From an uncultured Eubacteriales bacterium (GTDB taxonomy: Bacteria; Bacillota; Clostridia; TANB77; CAG-508): DNA of 64,000 nt. The first letter of the stretch is position 1. Each line of letters begins with the position of its first letter. The notes below the pieces were generated by a model, which saw nothing but the letters and a program-made list of their open reading frames with translations, did no database searches and was not told the origin of the DNA. Positions 1 through 9,049 of the stretch are shown piece after piece. The stretch spans positions 1,822-65,821 of the forward strand of contig CAOJUE010000008.1 in assembly GCA_948443845.1 (NCBI GenBank). The letters run 5' to 3'. Both the position numbers and the translations under genes were made by a program.

Positions 1-336
1 ATAACCACCACCTGTCGCACCACCTTTCATGCCAAAAACTGGTCCTAGCGAAGGTTCTCTTAGGGCTAAAATGGATTTTTGACCAAGCCTGTTTAAGCCA
101 TCTGATAGACCAATTGAAATGGTTGTTTTACCTTCTCCTAGCGGAGTTGGGTTGATGGAAGTTACTAGAATTAGTTTTCCATTTGGCTTGTTTTCTAGTT
201 TTTTCATTAATCGACTGTCCACTTTGGCTTTGTATTTTCCGTAGGGAATTAAATCTTCATCTACGATTCCGAATTTTTCTGCTACATCATCAATTTTATT
301 TAATTTTACACTTTTTGCAATTTCTATATCATTCAT
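1..336 (-). CDS. fhs: formate--tetrahydrofolate ligase, N-terminal part (gene continues past window start)
   Basis: Own reverse translation: [24 protein letters not shown]...[29 protein letters not shown]...[20 protein letters not shown], typical FTHFS P-loop and REPSLGP motifs. ATG at 334-336. Confidence 0.9.
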   Translation of the reverse strand, partial: MNDIEIAKSVKLNKIDDVAEKFGIVDEDLIPYGKYKAKVDSRLMKKLENKPNGKLILVTSINPTPLGEGKTTISIGLSDGLNRLGQKSILALREPSLGPVFGMKGGATGGGY

Positions 337-355
337 TTTATCGTTCCTTTCTTTA

Positions 356-811
356 CTATAAGATTGCTCCAATTGTGATTCCTAGAATAGCTCCTACAAA
401 TACTTGTATTGGCGTATGTCCTAGCACTTCAACTAATTTTTCTTGTACTTCTCCTGTTGTTAAGCCTGGCGTTTCTAATATTTTATTTAAAATTCTGGCT
501 TGTTTGCCTGCGGCACGTCTGACGCCTGCGGCATCATACATAACGACAAAAGCCATTACCATGGAAATGGCAAAAATCCCGCTATCAAAGCCATATTGCT
601 TTCCGATGCAAGTAGCAAGCGAGCAAACAACAGCCGAATGAGAACTTGGCATTCCTCCTGCTCCAATAATTCTTTTGACATCTAATTTTTTATTGACAAT
701 TAATTCGGTCAATACTTTGAATGTTTGTATTAAAAACCATAATATAAACGGAATGTATACGCATTTATTATGTATAATATCATTAAAAATCTGCATCATT
801 GTTTCCTTCAT
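356..811 (-). CDS. divergent PAP2 family membrane protein (DUF212, YuiD-like)
   Basis: 151-aa ORF with GGMPSSHSA motif and hydrophobic segments. Confidence 0.75.
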   Translation of the reverse strand: MKETMMQIFNDIIHNKCVYIPFILWFLIQTFKVLTELIVNKKLDVKRIIGAGGMPSSHSAVVCSLATCIGKQYGFDSGIFAISMVMAFVVMYDAAGVRRAAGKQARILNKILETPGLTTGEVQEKLVEVLGHTPIQVFVGAILGITIGAIL

Positions 812-1034
812 CTTGGATGAAGTTTTCCTCCTTTATCTCATCATTTTGCTTAATTAAAATGGTTATTTTTTTCTCTGCTTCTTCGATTTGTTGGTTGCAC
901 TTTTTTGAAATTTGAATTCCTTCTTCAAATAATTTCATGGATTCATCTAAAGAAATATTCTCTTCTTTTTCTAGTTTCGTAGTAATATCTTCCAATCTTG
1001 TTAATAATTCTTCAAAAGTTTCTTGATTTTTCAT
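783..1034 (-). CDS. xseB: exodeoxyribonuclease VII small subunit
   Basis: 83 aa, FEELLTRLEDITTKLEKEENISLDESMKLFEEGIQISKKC is the classic XseB helical hairpin; a cognate xseA (large subunit) lies about 1.1 kb away at 2135-3334, separated from it by a hypothetical gene and a TA locus. Confidence 0.85.
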   Translation of the reverse strand: MKNQETFEELLTRLEDITTKLEKEENISLDESMKLFEEGIQISKKCNQQIEEAEKKITILIKQNDEIKEENFIQDEGNNDADF

Positions 1035-1049
1035 AATTTTACCTTTCTA

Positions 1050-1556
1050 TTAATCCATTTCCACAGTTTTGGTTTCTAAATTGACTCTAAAATAATATTT
1101 TACAGTCGCTGTGCTTCTATCTTTAACTGCAACAATGTATTCATCATTTTCGACATGGTCGAATACAAAATCGACTGAATTATCTGAACCCCATTCTTTT
1201 TTCACAAGTTCAATTGCTTTTTGCTTTTTATCTGTAATTCCTGGCTCTGTTGTTACATTGCTTTGATTGATGCTTACATTTTTGACAGTATTATTGGCGA
1301 CAGTATTTTTTACTTCATTTGCTATTTCATTTTGAATCGTATTTTCTTCTACAAAATTTTGATTTTCTTGGTCATTTACTACATCATTTGTGATATTATT
1401 TTCATTCGTATTGGCTAGATTTTCGTAATCCTCCATTTTTTCGATTTTATTTTGGATATCATGTAGCATAAAAAAAGTAACTCCAACCACAATCACACAA
1501 ATAATTGGAACCCAAACTTTCAAATTAATTTTGCTTTTTTTCTCTCTTCTTGCCAT
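1050..1556 (-). CDS. hypothetical N-terminally membrane-anchored protein, Asn-rich linker
   Basis: 168-aa ORF with a single N-terminal TM (VWVPIICVIVVGVTFFML). No recognisable domain. Confidence 0.55.
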   Translation of the reverse strand: MARREKKSKINLKVWVPIICVIVVGVTFFMLHDIQNKIEKMEDYENLANTNENNITNDVVNDQENQNFVEENTIQNEIANEVKNTVANNTVKNVSINQSNVTTEPGITDKKQKAIELVKKEWGSDNSVDFVFDHVENDEYIVAVKDRSTATVKYYFRVNLETKTVEMD

Positions 1557-1727
1557 ACTTTTTCTCCCTTCAAAATAATTATTTCCGTCATCTTTTGAAA
1601 AAATGCTTAACCTTTTATTATACCATATTTTTAGTATTCTGTCAACTTGACAAATTTGCTAAAATGTGCATATCACCATTTTAATACCCCTTCTCCAATT
1701 GGGCTTCTGATCTTTATTCTTTTAAAA

Positions 1728-1936
1728 TTAATTCAATAAATTCTTCATGATTGCTATAACATTATCTATATTTCTTGAAGTATGTATAACTTGAATAATA
1801 ATAATCTCATTTTTTTCAATATAATAGAATATTCGATGCATTTTGTATAATTATTCTTCAACTTACCTTCTGTGATAATTTCTGAATGTTGAGAATAACT
1901 TTTTAAATCATTTATAGCTGTTTTTGCCCAAATCAC
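1728..1936 (-). pseudogene. decayed RelE/ParE-family toxin remnant
   Basis: Own translation: VIWAKTAINDLKSY...CIEYSIILKK, then a frame change in an A7 run, then NEIIIIQVIHTSRNIDN. It is shortened relative to typical ~95-aa ParE and sits directly downstream of the small antitoxin-like gene. Confidence 0.55.
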
Positions 1937-2112
1937 TACCATGTTTTTATCTCCCTTTTCAATTCTTCAGTAGTAAGTGCTCTACTTCTATCAAATGTAT
2001 CAATTCTATTTCTTAATTCATAAATTAAATTTAATGTTTCCACAATATCATCAAAGGTAATATCATCAGGCATTTTTTCTAGAATTTTTATCATAACTTG
2101 TTTTTCACTCAT
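1936..2112 (-). CDS. small antitoxin-like protein (58 aa)
   Basis: MSEKQVMIKILEKMPDDITFDDIVETLNLIYELRNRID..., AGGAG 8 nt upstream of the ATG at 2110-2112. Its stop abuts the toxin remnant. Confidence 0.55.
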   Translation of the reverse strand: MSEKQVMIKILEKMPDDITFDDIVETLNLIYELRNRIDTFDRSRALTTEELKREIKTW

Positions 2113-2134
2113 AATAAAATCTCCTCGTATATTT

Positions 2135-3334
2135 TTATAGAATTTTTGCCTTCGCACTTCTGTCTTGGAATTTCAAATCAATTTCCATATCAGTTTTCAA
2201 ATTTTCCGCACGTGAAATAATTTTATGATTTACTTCTGCCATACAATATCCTCTTGATAAGGTTTTGAGTGGACTTAAGGCGTCCAATTTGGTCATTTCT
2301 TTGGAAAACTGCATCTTTATTTGGTTGATTTTTTGGTCAATTGAGCCTTCCAATTGCTTGGATAATCGATCAATTTCCAAATAATATTCCTTTACTTTTT
2401 GGAATGGTTCTTTGTATATTTTAGAATTCATGCATTTTTCAAATTTTAATCGCATGCGTTCTGTTTTTCGCTTTAATGAGATTTTTAAGCGATTTTGATA
2501 AATCGCAATGGTATTTTGCAAATCTTCGCTATCCGCAACTACTAATTCTGCTGCTGCCGATGGCGTGGGCGCTCTTAAATCGGCCACAAAATCAGCAATT
2601 GTGAAATCGGTTTCGTGTCCAACACTGGATACAAGCGGAATTTCGGAATCATAAATCGCGCGTGCCACAATTTCTTCGTTAAATGGCCACAAATCTTCAA
2701 GCGAACCGCCACCTCTTCCCAAAATGATGACATCTGCCAATTTCATCTCATTCATAAATCGAATGGCTTCTGCAATTTTGACAGCTGCCCCTTCACCTTG
2801 CACTGGTATTGGTAACAAGCGAATATAAACATTTGGATCTCTTCTGGTTGAAACATTGATGATATCACGAATCACTGCTCCTGTATTGGAAGTTAAAACA
2901 CCAATGATTTTGGGCATAAATGGAATTTTCTTTTTGTGTGCTTCATCAAAAAGTCCTTCTTTTTCGAGTTTTTCTTTTAATTGTTCATATTTTTTATAGA
3001 GATTTCCAATTCCATCCTCTTGCATAGCTTGCACGTAAATTTGATAAACACCATCGCGTTCAAAAACACCAACACTTCCTAACACATTGACTTTCATACC
3101 ATCTTTGGGAATAAAATTCAAATGACCAGTCGCACTTTTGAACATAACGCATTTAATCAACGATGTTTCATCTTTTAAGGTAAAATACATATGTCCTGTG
3201 TAATGATGTTTGAAATTGGAAATTTCACCTGCTACATACACAGAATTTAAAAACTCGTCAGTTGCAACTTTATCTTTTACATATTTATTCAGTTCTGTCA
3301 CAGAAATTGGTTTTATTTTCATTTTATTCTCCAA
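2135..3334 (-). CDS. xseA: exodeoxyribonuclease VII large subunit
   Basis: 399 aa. N-terminal OB fold (VYVAGEISNFKHHYTGHMYFTLKD) and catalytic core (GRGGGSLEDLWPFNEE, VGHETDFTIADFVADLRAPTPSAAAE). Confidence 0.93.
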   Translation of the reverse strand: MENKMKIKPISVTELNKYVKDKVATDEFLNSVYVAGEISNFKHHYTGHMYFTLKDETSLIKCVMFKSATGHLNFIPKDGMKVNVLGSVGVFERDGVYQIYVQAMQEDGIGNLYKKYEQLKEKLEKEGLFDEAHKKKIPFMPKIIGVLTSNTGAVIRDIINVSTRRDPNVYIRLLPIPVQGEGAAVKIAEAIRFMNEMKLADVIILGRGGGSLEDLWPFNEEIVARAIYDSEIPLVSSVGHETDFTIADFVADLRAPTPSAAAELVVADSEDLQNTIAIYQNRLKISLKRKTERMRLKFEKCMNSKIYKEPFQKVKEYYLEIDRLSKQLEGSIDQKINQIKMQFSKEMTKLDALSPLKTLSRGYCMAEVNHKIISRAENLKTDMEIDLKFQDRSAKAKIL

Positions 3335-3740
3335 GTTTTTTATCTTTCACAACACTGGCTAAAATTCCATTAATAAATACTGGTGCCGATTCATCTGAAT
3401 ATTTTTTAGCAAGTTCAACCACTTCGTTAATCGCCACTTTGTATGGTACTTCTTTATAAAGCATTTCATAAATCGCAATTTTAATCAAACTTAAATTAAT
3501 TTTGGAAACTCTGGTTAAACTCCAATTTTCCTTTAAGTTATTTGCAATCAAATCATTGATTTCAGAAGAATGCTCACACAAACCTGCCTGAATATCTTTT
3601 AAGTACTGGATTACTTTTTCATCTGTTATTTCATTACTTTCTACAAAAATGTCTACTTGCTCTGAATTTTCTTGGTCTTTTTGCATTTCTAGTCCATAAA
3701 TTAGTTGAAATGCTAGTTCTCTCATGGCTGACCTTTGCAT
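3324..3740 (-). CDS. nusB: transcription antitermination factor NusB
   Basis: 138 aa, RELAFQLIYGLE start and AINEVVELAKKY...FINGILA end. Conserved position next to xseA. Confidence 0.9.
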   Translation of the reverse strand: MQRSAMRELAFQLIYGLEMQKDQENSEQVDIFVESNEITDEKVIQYLKDIQAGLCEHSSEINDLIANNLKENWSLTRVSKINLSLIKIAIYEMLYKEVPYKVAINEVVELAKKYSDESAPVFINGILASVVKDKKLGE

Positions 3741-3749
3741 GATTTCCTC

Positions 3750-3962
3750 CTAAAACTTGTCAATAAAATTTTTTAAATTATCTTTTACGCTTTCTTTGTT
3801 ATTTTGAATATAATTTCCTAAATAAATTCCAGCAATCACCACGATGACAACAATACACAATCTATATAATGACGTGCTCAAAAGGATAATCGCAATAATC
3901 GCTCCAATAATTGCTCCTTTATATTTCTCCCAAAATTCTTTAAAATTGTTCGAATGATTCAT
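3750..3962 (-). CDS. small integral membrane protein (DUF2273-like)
   Basis: 70 aa with two TM segments. Conserved position in the asp23-amaP-DUF2273 cluster. Confidence 0.7.
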   Translation of the reverse strand: MNHSNNFKEFWEKYKGAIIGAIIAIILLSTSLYRLCIVVIVVIAGIYLGNYIQNNKESVKDNLKNFIDKF

Positions 3963-3977
3963 TTTTCTCTTTCCTTT

Positions 3978-4580
3978 CTATTCTTCCTCTTTTCCTTCTG
4001 TTTCCTTTGTATTTTCCGTTTCTTCTCCTGCTGGCAAACCTTTAATTTTTTTGTTCGTAATATTTTTTACACGAACATTAACTTGTCCTACTTCCAAATC
4101 AGCTGTTTTGCTTAATACTTCTTTTATTTTTTCTTGGATTTGGGCAGATACGTCTTTAATCATCATATCTTTAGAAACTAAGGTTGTAACATAAACCACT
4201 AAGTTATTATTTTTATCCAAAATGGTTCGGCTCGAAATCGCTTCGATTCCTTGCACTTCTTTGACGATATTGGCAATAATGTTTTCCAAACTTTCTTTGG
4301 AAATAACCAATTTTCCTGCACCATTTTCTAAAGTAACACCATTTCTACCATCGTCTTCTGGTTCACTTCCGAAAAAGATACATTTTAAAGCAAGTAACAG
4401 TATAACAACTGCCATTCCAATTGTTAGTTTAATGGAAAAATCATCTTTCAAAATTAACGAAATCGTTTTCGTCACCACACTAATTTGGATAACATCCAAC
4501 ATAATCAAAATTAGCCCAATTGATATAACACTCATAATTAGTGAAAATAATATTAAAGATAGTTTTTCTAAAAATTTCAT
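3978..4580 (-). CDS. amaP: alkaline shock response membrane anchor protein AmaP-like
   Basis: 200 aa with N-terminal TMs, located downstream of the Asp23 gene. Confidence 0.7.
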   Translation of the reverse strand: MKFLEKLSLILFSLIMSVISIGLILIMLDVIQISVVTKTISLILKDDFSIKLTIGMAVVILLLALKCIFFGSEPEDDGRNGVTLENGAGKLVISKESLENIIANIVKEVQGIEAISSRTILDKNNNLVVYVTTLVSKDMMIKDVSAQIQEKIKEVLSKTADLEVGQVNVRVKNITNKKIKGLPAGEETENTKETEGKEEE

Positions 4581-4594
4581 TTTTCTTCCTCCGT

Positions 4595-5026
4595 TTATTC
4601 TTCTATATTTTCATTTGAATTTTCTTCTAATTCTTTTTCCGTCTTTTTATGAACACCTTGTACATGAACATTGACTTCGAGCACTTTTAAATCGGTCATT
4701 GCTTCTACTGATTTTTTAATTTTTGTTTGAATTTGATAAGCAACATCTGGGATTCTTGCACCATATTCAACAATGATATTGACATCTATTTTCGTGCTTT
4801 TTTCCCCAACTTCTACCTTAATTCCCTTACTCAAATTCTTTTTTCCGCTGATTGCTTCTGTAATTCCTGCAAATCCGCCAGAGGTCGAATACACACCTTC
4901 TACTTCCGATACTGCAATTCCTGCATAGGTTGCGACAACATCGTTTGAAATTTTAATCGTGTCATTTCCCATGACAGAAACTTCTTCTTGTACCTCGTTT
5001 TCAACCATTTCGTTATTTTCAGACAT
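4595..5026 (-). CDS. Asp23/Gls24 family envelope stress response protein
   Basis: 143 aa. IKISNDVVATYAGIAVSEVEGV and VNVHVQGV are typical Asp23 family motifs. Confidence 0.88.
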   Translation of the reverse strand: MSENNEMVENEVQEEVSVMGNDTIKISNDVVATYAGIAVSEVEGVYSTSGGFAGITEAISGKKNLSKGIKVEVGEKSTKIDVNIIVEYGARIPDVAYQIQTKIKKSVEAMTDLKVLEVNVHVQGVHKKTEKELEENSNENIEE

Positions 5027-5105
5027 AGAAACATTCCTCCTTTATATTAATTTGTATTTAGTATATCAATTTATTCAATTTTTTACAAGCATTTTTAGGG
5101 AATTT

Positions 5106-5675
5106 TTAAGATTCTTTTTCCAAATTCCCATTACATTCGTTCAAAACCAATTTCAAATCATTCCAAAAATCAATTTTTTTCGTGTCATCTCTAAGAAGCG
5201 CCGCTGGATGAAAAGTAGGCATATATTTGATGCCTTTTTTCTCAATCCATTTGCCACGGCTTGAGGTAATTCCATATTGCTCGCCTAAAATATTTTTTAG
5301 TGCCGTATTTCCCATTAGCACCACAATTTCTGGCTTGACTAATAACACTTGATTTCTCAAATAGTCTAAACAAGCGTCTGCTTCATTTTTAAGTGGTGTT
5401 CGATTTCCAGGCGGTCTACATTTTACGACGTTGGCTATATATATTTTTTTGCGGTCAATGCCTAAGCCTTTAAAAGCCTGATTCATAAGTTGTCCTGCTT
5501 TTCCTACAAAAGGTACGCCTTGTTTGTCCTCGTCTGCGCCGGGACCTTCGCCAATAAACATGATTTTGGCGTTGGGATTTCCGTCTGCAAATACCGTATT
5601 AGTTCGATTTTCGCACAAACCACATTTCGTGCAAATTTTTACTTGCTCGTTTATTTCTTCTAATGTTTGGTACAT
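5106..5675 (-). CDS. uracil-DNA glycosylase, family 4
   Basis: [10 protein letters not shown] Fe-S motif, then [12 protein letters not shown] and PFVGKAGQL motifs. Confidence 0.88.
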   Translation of the reverse strand: MYQTLEEINEQVKICTKCGLCENRTNTVFADGNPNAKIMFIGEGPGADEDKQGVPFVGKAGQLMNQAFKGLGIDRKKIYIANVVKCRPPGNRTPLKNEADACLDYLRNQVLLVKPEIVVLMGNTALKNILGEQYGITSSRGKWIEKKGIKYMPTFHPAALLRDDTKKIDFWNDLKLVLNECNGNLEKES

Positions 5676-5691
5676 TTATTTTTCCTTTCTT

Positions 5692-6071
5692 TTATTGGAT
5701 GATAAATTGATTGATAAAATTGGCAATCCCGTTATGATTATTGTCTTCTGTCACATAAGTTGCAATTTGCTTTAGTTCTGGAATGGCATTTCCCATTGCT
5801 ACGCTTGTTCCGCTATTTTGAAACATCTCGATATCGCTAAAATCATCACCAAAAACAATACAGTTTTCTTTCTGAATTTGAAAATAATTTAAAATTACTT
5901 TCAAAGCGTTGCCTTTGGTGGCGTTTTTATGGTTCCTCTTCCCGTAATATAAGCGATTTGAAAGCCCTTTTCTTTGCAATACCAAATGGTTTCTTTACTC
6001 TCTTGGGTTATTTCATTTTCACTTGTTAATAAGGTTCCATCTAAATCAAAAACAATTAATTTCTTTTTCAT
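5692..6071 (-). pseudogene. Cof-type HAD hydrolase remnant (cap region deleted, halves out of frame)
   Basis: The N-terminal piece MKKKLIVFDLDGTLL...ITGRG reaches a stop. The C-terminal piece KGNALKVILNYFQIQKENCIVFGDDFSDIEMFQNSGTSVAMGNA is in another frame, and about 130 aa of the expected middle are missing. Confidence 0.75.
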
Positions 6072-6080
6072 ATTTTTCCT

Positions 6081-6395
6081 TTAAATTAATTTTTCAAAAT
6101 TTCTTCGATTATATAACAGCCCTGCTATTTGCATAACATTGTCTTTAACCGTATAAACAACAATATAATTTCCTACATAAATCCTATACCATTTATGTTT
6201 TCTCTTTTTTTCTTCTTTATATACTTCAAATCCTTCTGGATTGATGCTTCTATCAATAATTGCCTTTTGTACGCTCTGGATTAATTTTTCAGCAGCATTT
6301 TTATTGTTTAATTTATAAATAATATAATAAAGAGTTTCATCAAATTCCTTATCAAAAGACGACAAGTATTCAACTTCATACTCATATTTCGCCAT
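6081..6395 (-). CDS. type II toxin-antitoxin system RelE/ParE family toxin
   Basis: 104 aa. ...WYRIYVGNYIVVYTVKDNVMQIAGLLYNRRN is a typical RelE/ParE C-terminus. It overlaps the upstream antitoxin. Confidence 0.8.
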   Translation of the reverse strand: MAKYEYEVEYLSSFDKEFDETLYYIIYKLNNKNAAEKLIQSVQKAIIDRSINPEGFEVYKEEKKRKHKWYRIYVGNYIVVYTVKDNVMQIAGLLYNRRNFEKLI

Positions 6396-6693
6396 TCAAA
6401 ATCCTCCTTGCCTTTCCAAACACCTCTTCATGCGTCAAAAACTTTGCATCTGGATTTTCAATTTGCTTTTCTAATTCATCAATTATTTTCTCCATATCCT
6501 GCTCACCAAACCTTTCTTCTAATTTATTTTGCATTTCAATTTCTTTTGTCAAATTCGAATATTTTTCCAAACTCATAACAACCATAGTTCCATAGCCGTT
6601 TTTGGTTAAATAAACTTCTTCCCCCTCTTTTAAAACTAATTCTTCTATCTCTGGATATTTATTTCTCAAATCTGACACTGGTCTTATATTCAT
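6382..6693 (-). CDS. Phd/YefM family antitoxin
   Basis: MNIRPVSDLRNKYPEIEELV...VYLTKNGYGTMVVMSLEKY. AAGGGGG lies 8 nt before the ATG at 6691-6693. Confidence 0.8.
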   Translation of the reverse strand: MNIRPVSDLRNKYPEIEELVLKEGEEVYLTKNGYGTMVVMSLEKYSNLTKEIEMQNKLEERFGEQDMEKIIDELEKQIENPDAKFLTHEEVFGKARRILNGEI

Positions 6694-6781
6694 TGTAATT
6701 GCCCCCTTTATCAATTTATTATCACTTTTTTATCACAATTTTATCACGATGTCAATATTATTTTCAAAAATTTGGAATCTC

Positions 6782-7423
6782 CTAAATAACATACTGCCCA
6801 TACCCGCGTCTCACCAGCTCTTCATAAGCTTTCCAAACTTTATCTGGTATCTCAACTTCAATCTGCCACCCCTTTTCAGCATATACTTTCATTCGCTGAA
6901 TATCGCCAACTAGCACGCTTATTTCTTCTTTTTGTGCATTTCCTTCATATCGACTAAAATATGTTTCACAACTAACTTCTTCTGATGCAAATACGCCTTT
7001 GTACTCTGGCATAATCTTTTTCAAACAAGCATAACTTCTTCTCTCTACATAAGGTCTCCCAACAATCAAAAGAGATTTGATCGGCAACTTCTTTTTCTCA
7101 ATCAACTTTTTGACATATTTAAAATTTTCGCTTGTATTCGTCGACTGATTTTCAATCTGAATTTTTTCACTTGGAACTCCTTTATTTTCTGCAATTTTAG
7201 CAAACTTTTCTGCTTCTGGCTCTTGCCAAATTTTTTTGCTTCTCTTTCCATATCCTCCCGAAAATATAATTTGACCGCCAAGTCCATCTAAATACAGTTT
7301 TGCTGCTATTTTCGCAACTTCAAGATCCATACATCCTAATCCCAAAATCGCATCACATTTTTCTAATTTTTGATGGAGTTTCATATAATCCCATAAAATC
7401 TTCACTAATTCCATATCTTTCAT
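6782..7423 (-). CDS. YdcF/DUF218 family protein
   Basis: AILGLGCMDLEVAKIAAKLYLDG..IIFSGGYG pattern. Start chosen at MKDMEL; the ORF is open to 7435. Confidence 0.7.
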   Translation of the reverse strand: MKDMELVKILWDYMKLHQKLEKCDAILGLGCMDLEVAKIAAKLYLDGLGGQIIFSGGYGKRSKKIWQEPEAEKFAKIAENKGVPSEKIQIENQSTNTSENFKYVKKLIEKKKLPIKSLLIVGRPYVERRSYACLKKIMPEYKGVFASEEVSCETYFSRYEGNAQKEEISVLVGDIQRMKVYAEKGWQIEVEIPDKVWKAYEELVRRGYGQYVI

Positions 7424-7441
7424 AAATTTACACACTCTCTT

Positions 7442-8233
7442 TTACAAAGTAATTATTGCTGTTGCTCTTCTAAAATTCTTGCCTTCCGCCCTTGCCGAAT
7501 GCACTTTATCCTGATTGCAAACACTGCAAATTCCGCAATCGATAATGTTCGATTCCTTTAACCCTAAATTTTTCAGTAAAATTTTGTTAATCAAAACCGT
7601 ATCAATCATGTATTTTGTCTTGCCCTCTTTGATTTGCCCAACTTCAATAAAGTCGTTCAATTGATTCGTAAAACCAAATATTTCACTACACAAATCTTTC
7701 ACATCTTCGTCCACCTCAAAATGGCATTTGCGGATACTTGGGCAAATACAACAAATAATATCACTTGGCTTGCACTGATAATAATTAATCATTTTAACTA
7801 CTGTTTTTTCAGCAATTTTTTGAAAAGTTCCTTTCCAACCAGAATGCACATTAGCAATGACTTTTTTGACTGGGTCATAAAACAAAAACAAGATACAGTC
7901 TGCGTTTTTAGTCGATAATGCAATACTTTTTTGGTCTGTAATTAATCCATCAACCTCCTGTAATTCCTCACTATCTAGCACCTGGTTAATGCATTTCACA
8001 TGGCTTGTATGGGTTTGAATTGGCTTAACAAGCATTTTTTCATCAATTTCAATTGCCTTTGCAATTTTGGAATAACTTGAGCTTTCATATTCAGAATTTC
8101 GGCTAAAATCAATCGTTTCGCCTTTCAATGTATAGCAGTGTTTGATCCCATATTTTAATAACTTTTTAAATTGAATATACTGTACATCGCCATTATTCTG
8201 AAAAATAATCGTTTCGTTTGAAAAATTAAACAT
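7442..8233 (-). CDS. pgeF: peptidoglycan editing factor PgeF (YfiH/laccase-domain family)
   Basis: 263 aa with QTHTSHV, NADCILF, VHSGWKGT and CGICSVC motifs. Confidence 0.88.
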   Translation of the reverse strand: MFNFSNETIIFQNNGDVQYIQFKKLLKYGIKHCYTLKGETIDFSRNSEYESSSYSKIAKAIEIDEKMLVKPIQTHTSHVKCINQVLDSEELQEVDGLITDQKSIALSTKNADCILFLFYDPVKKVIANVHSGWKGTFQKIAEKTVVKMINYYQCKPSDIICCICPSIRKCHFEVDEDVKDLCSEIFGFTNQLNDFIEVGQIKEGKTKYMIDTVLINKILLKNLGLKESNIIDCGICSVCNQDKVHSARAEGKNFRRATAIITL

Positions 8234-8370
8234 GATATCTTCCTTTCTTCCAATAAAAATTATTTTTATTATATCCTTTTTATGCCTTATCGTCTAGAGT
8301 TTTTTACGAATAAAAAAAGAGTACTGACGTCTACTGTCAATACTCTAAAAAATTTTATTTTGTTTTTATA

Positions 8371-9036
8371 CTATTCTTCATTTATTTGAGTAAATCCCGT
8401 CAAATCTGGTAACGCAATGTCTTCGTCTGTAACTTCGCCAACTTTGAAGTCGTAAGTGGTTTCTGTAAGAAGGTTAATATTTTCTTCTGAATTTATAGTT
8501 TCAACAGAATAGTAGATTGGTAAATAGGTTTCTTTGCTAACAATCAAATTCTTTGTATCTGTTACAATTTTATAACAATCTTGATTATTATATTGGCTTG
8601 ATGATATGTCTTTTATTTTAAAAAATTCCTTAATATTAAAGTATTCCTTCGAATATATAAAAAATATCATTTGTGGTAAATTATTCAAAATATTGGCTTC
8701 AAATATTAATGTATCATTTTCTTTAAAAGTTTTATCTTCTAAAAATATAGCATATTTCTGATTGTTATCAAAATTCTTCCATTGGCAATATACACCACTG
8801 CCATCTTTTTGTTCATTCCACCTTACTATATTATTTTTTGTTATAATTTCTTCTTTTACTATACTACTATCTTTTATCGTAACCGCATAATACCTATTAT
8901 CCTCATTCCTAAAATTTTCAATCGCCTCATAAACATTCCTTATCACAGTAAAATAATATATTCTTTTACCGATAAATACCGCCATTATTATCAATATGAT
9001 TACTACAAAAATTACAATTCCAACTTTCTTTTTCAT
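8371..9036 (-). CDS. hypothetical membrane-anchored protein
   Basis: 221 aa with an N-terminal TM. Last gene of the blaI-blaR1-like operon. Confidence 0.55.
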   Translation of the reverse strand: MKKKVGIVIFVVIILIIMAVFIGKRIYYFTVIRNVYEAIENFRNEDNRYYAVTIKDSSIVKEEIITKNNIVRWNEQKDGSGVYCQWKNFDNNQKYAIFLEDKTFKENDTLIFEANILNNLPQMIFFIYSKEYFNIKEFFKIKDISSSQYNNQDCYKIVTDTKNLIVSKETYLPIYYSVETINSEENINLLTETTYDFKVGEVTDEDIALPDLTGFTQINEE

Positions 9037-9049
9037 CTTTTGTTCCCCT

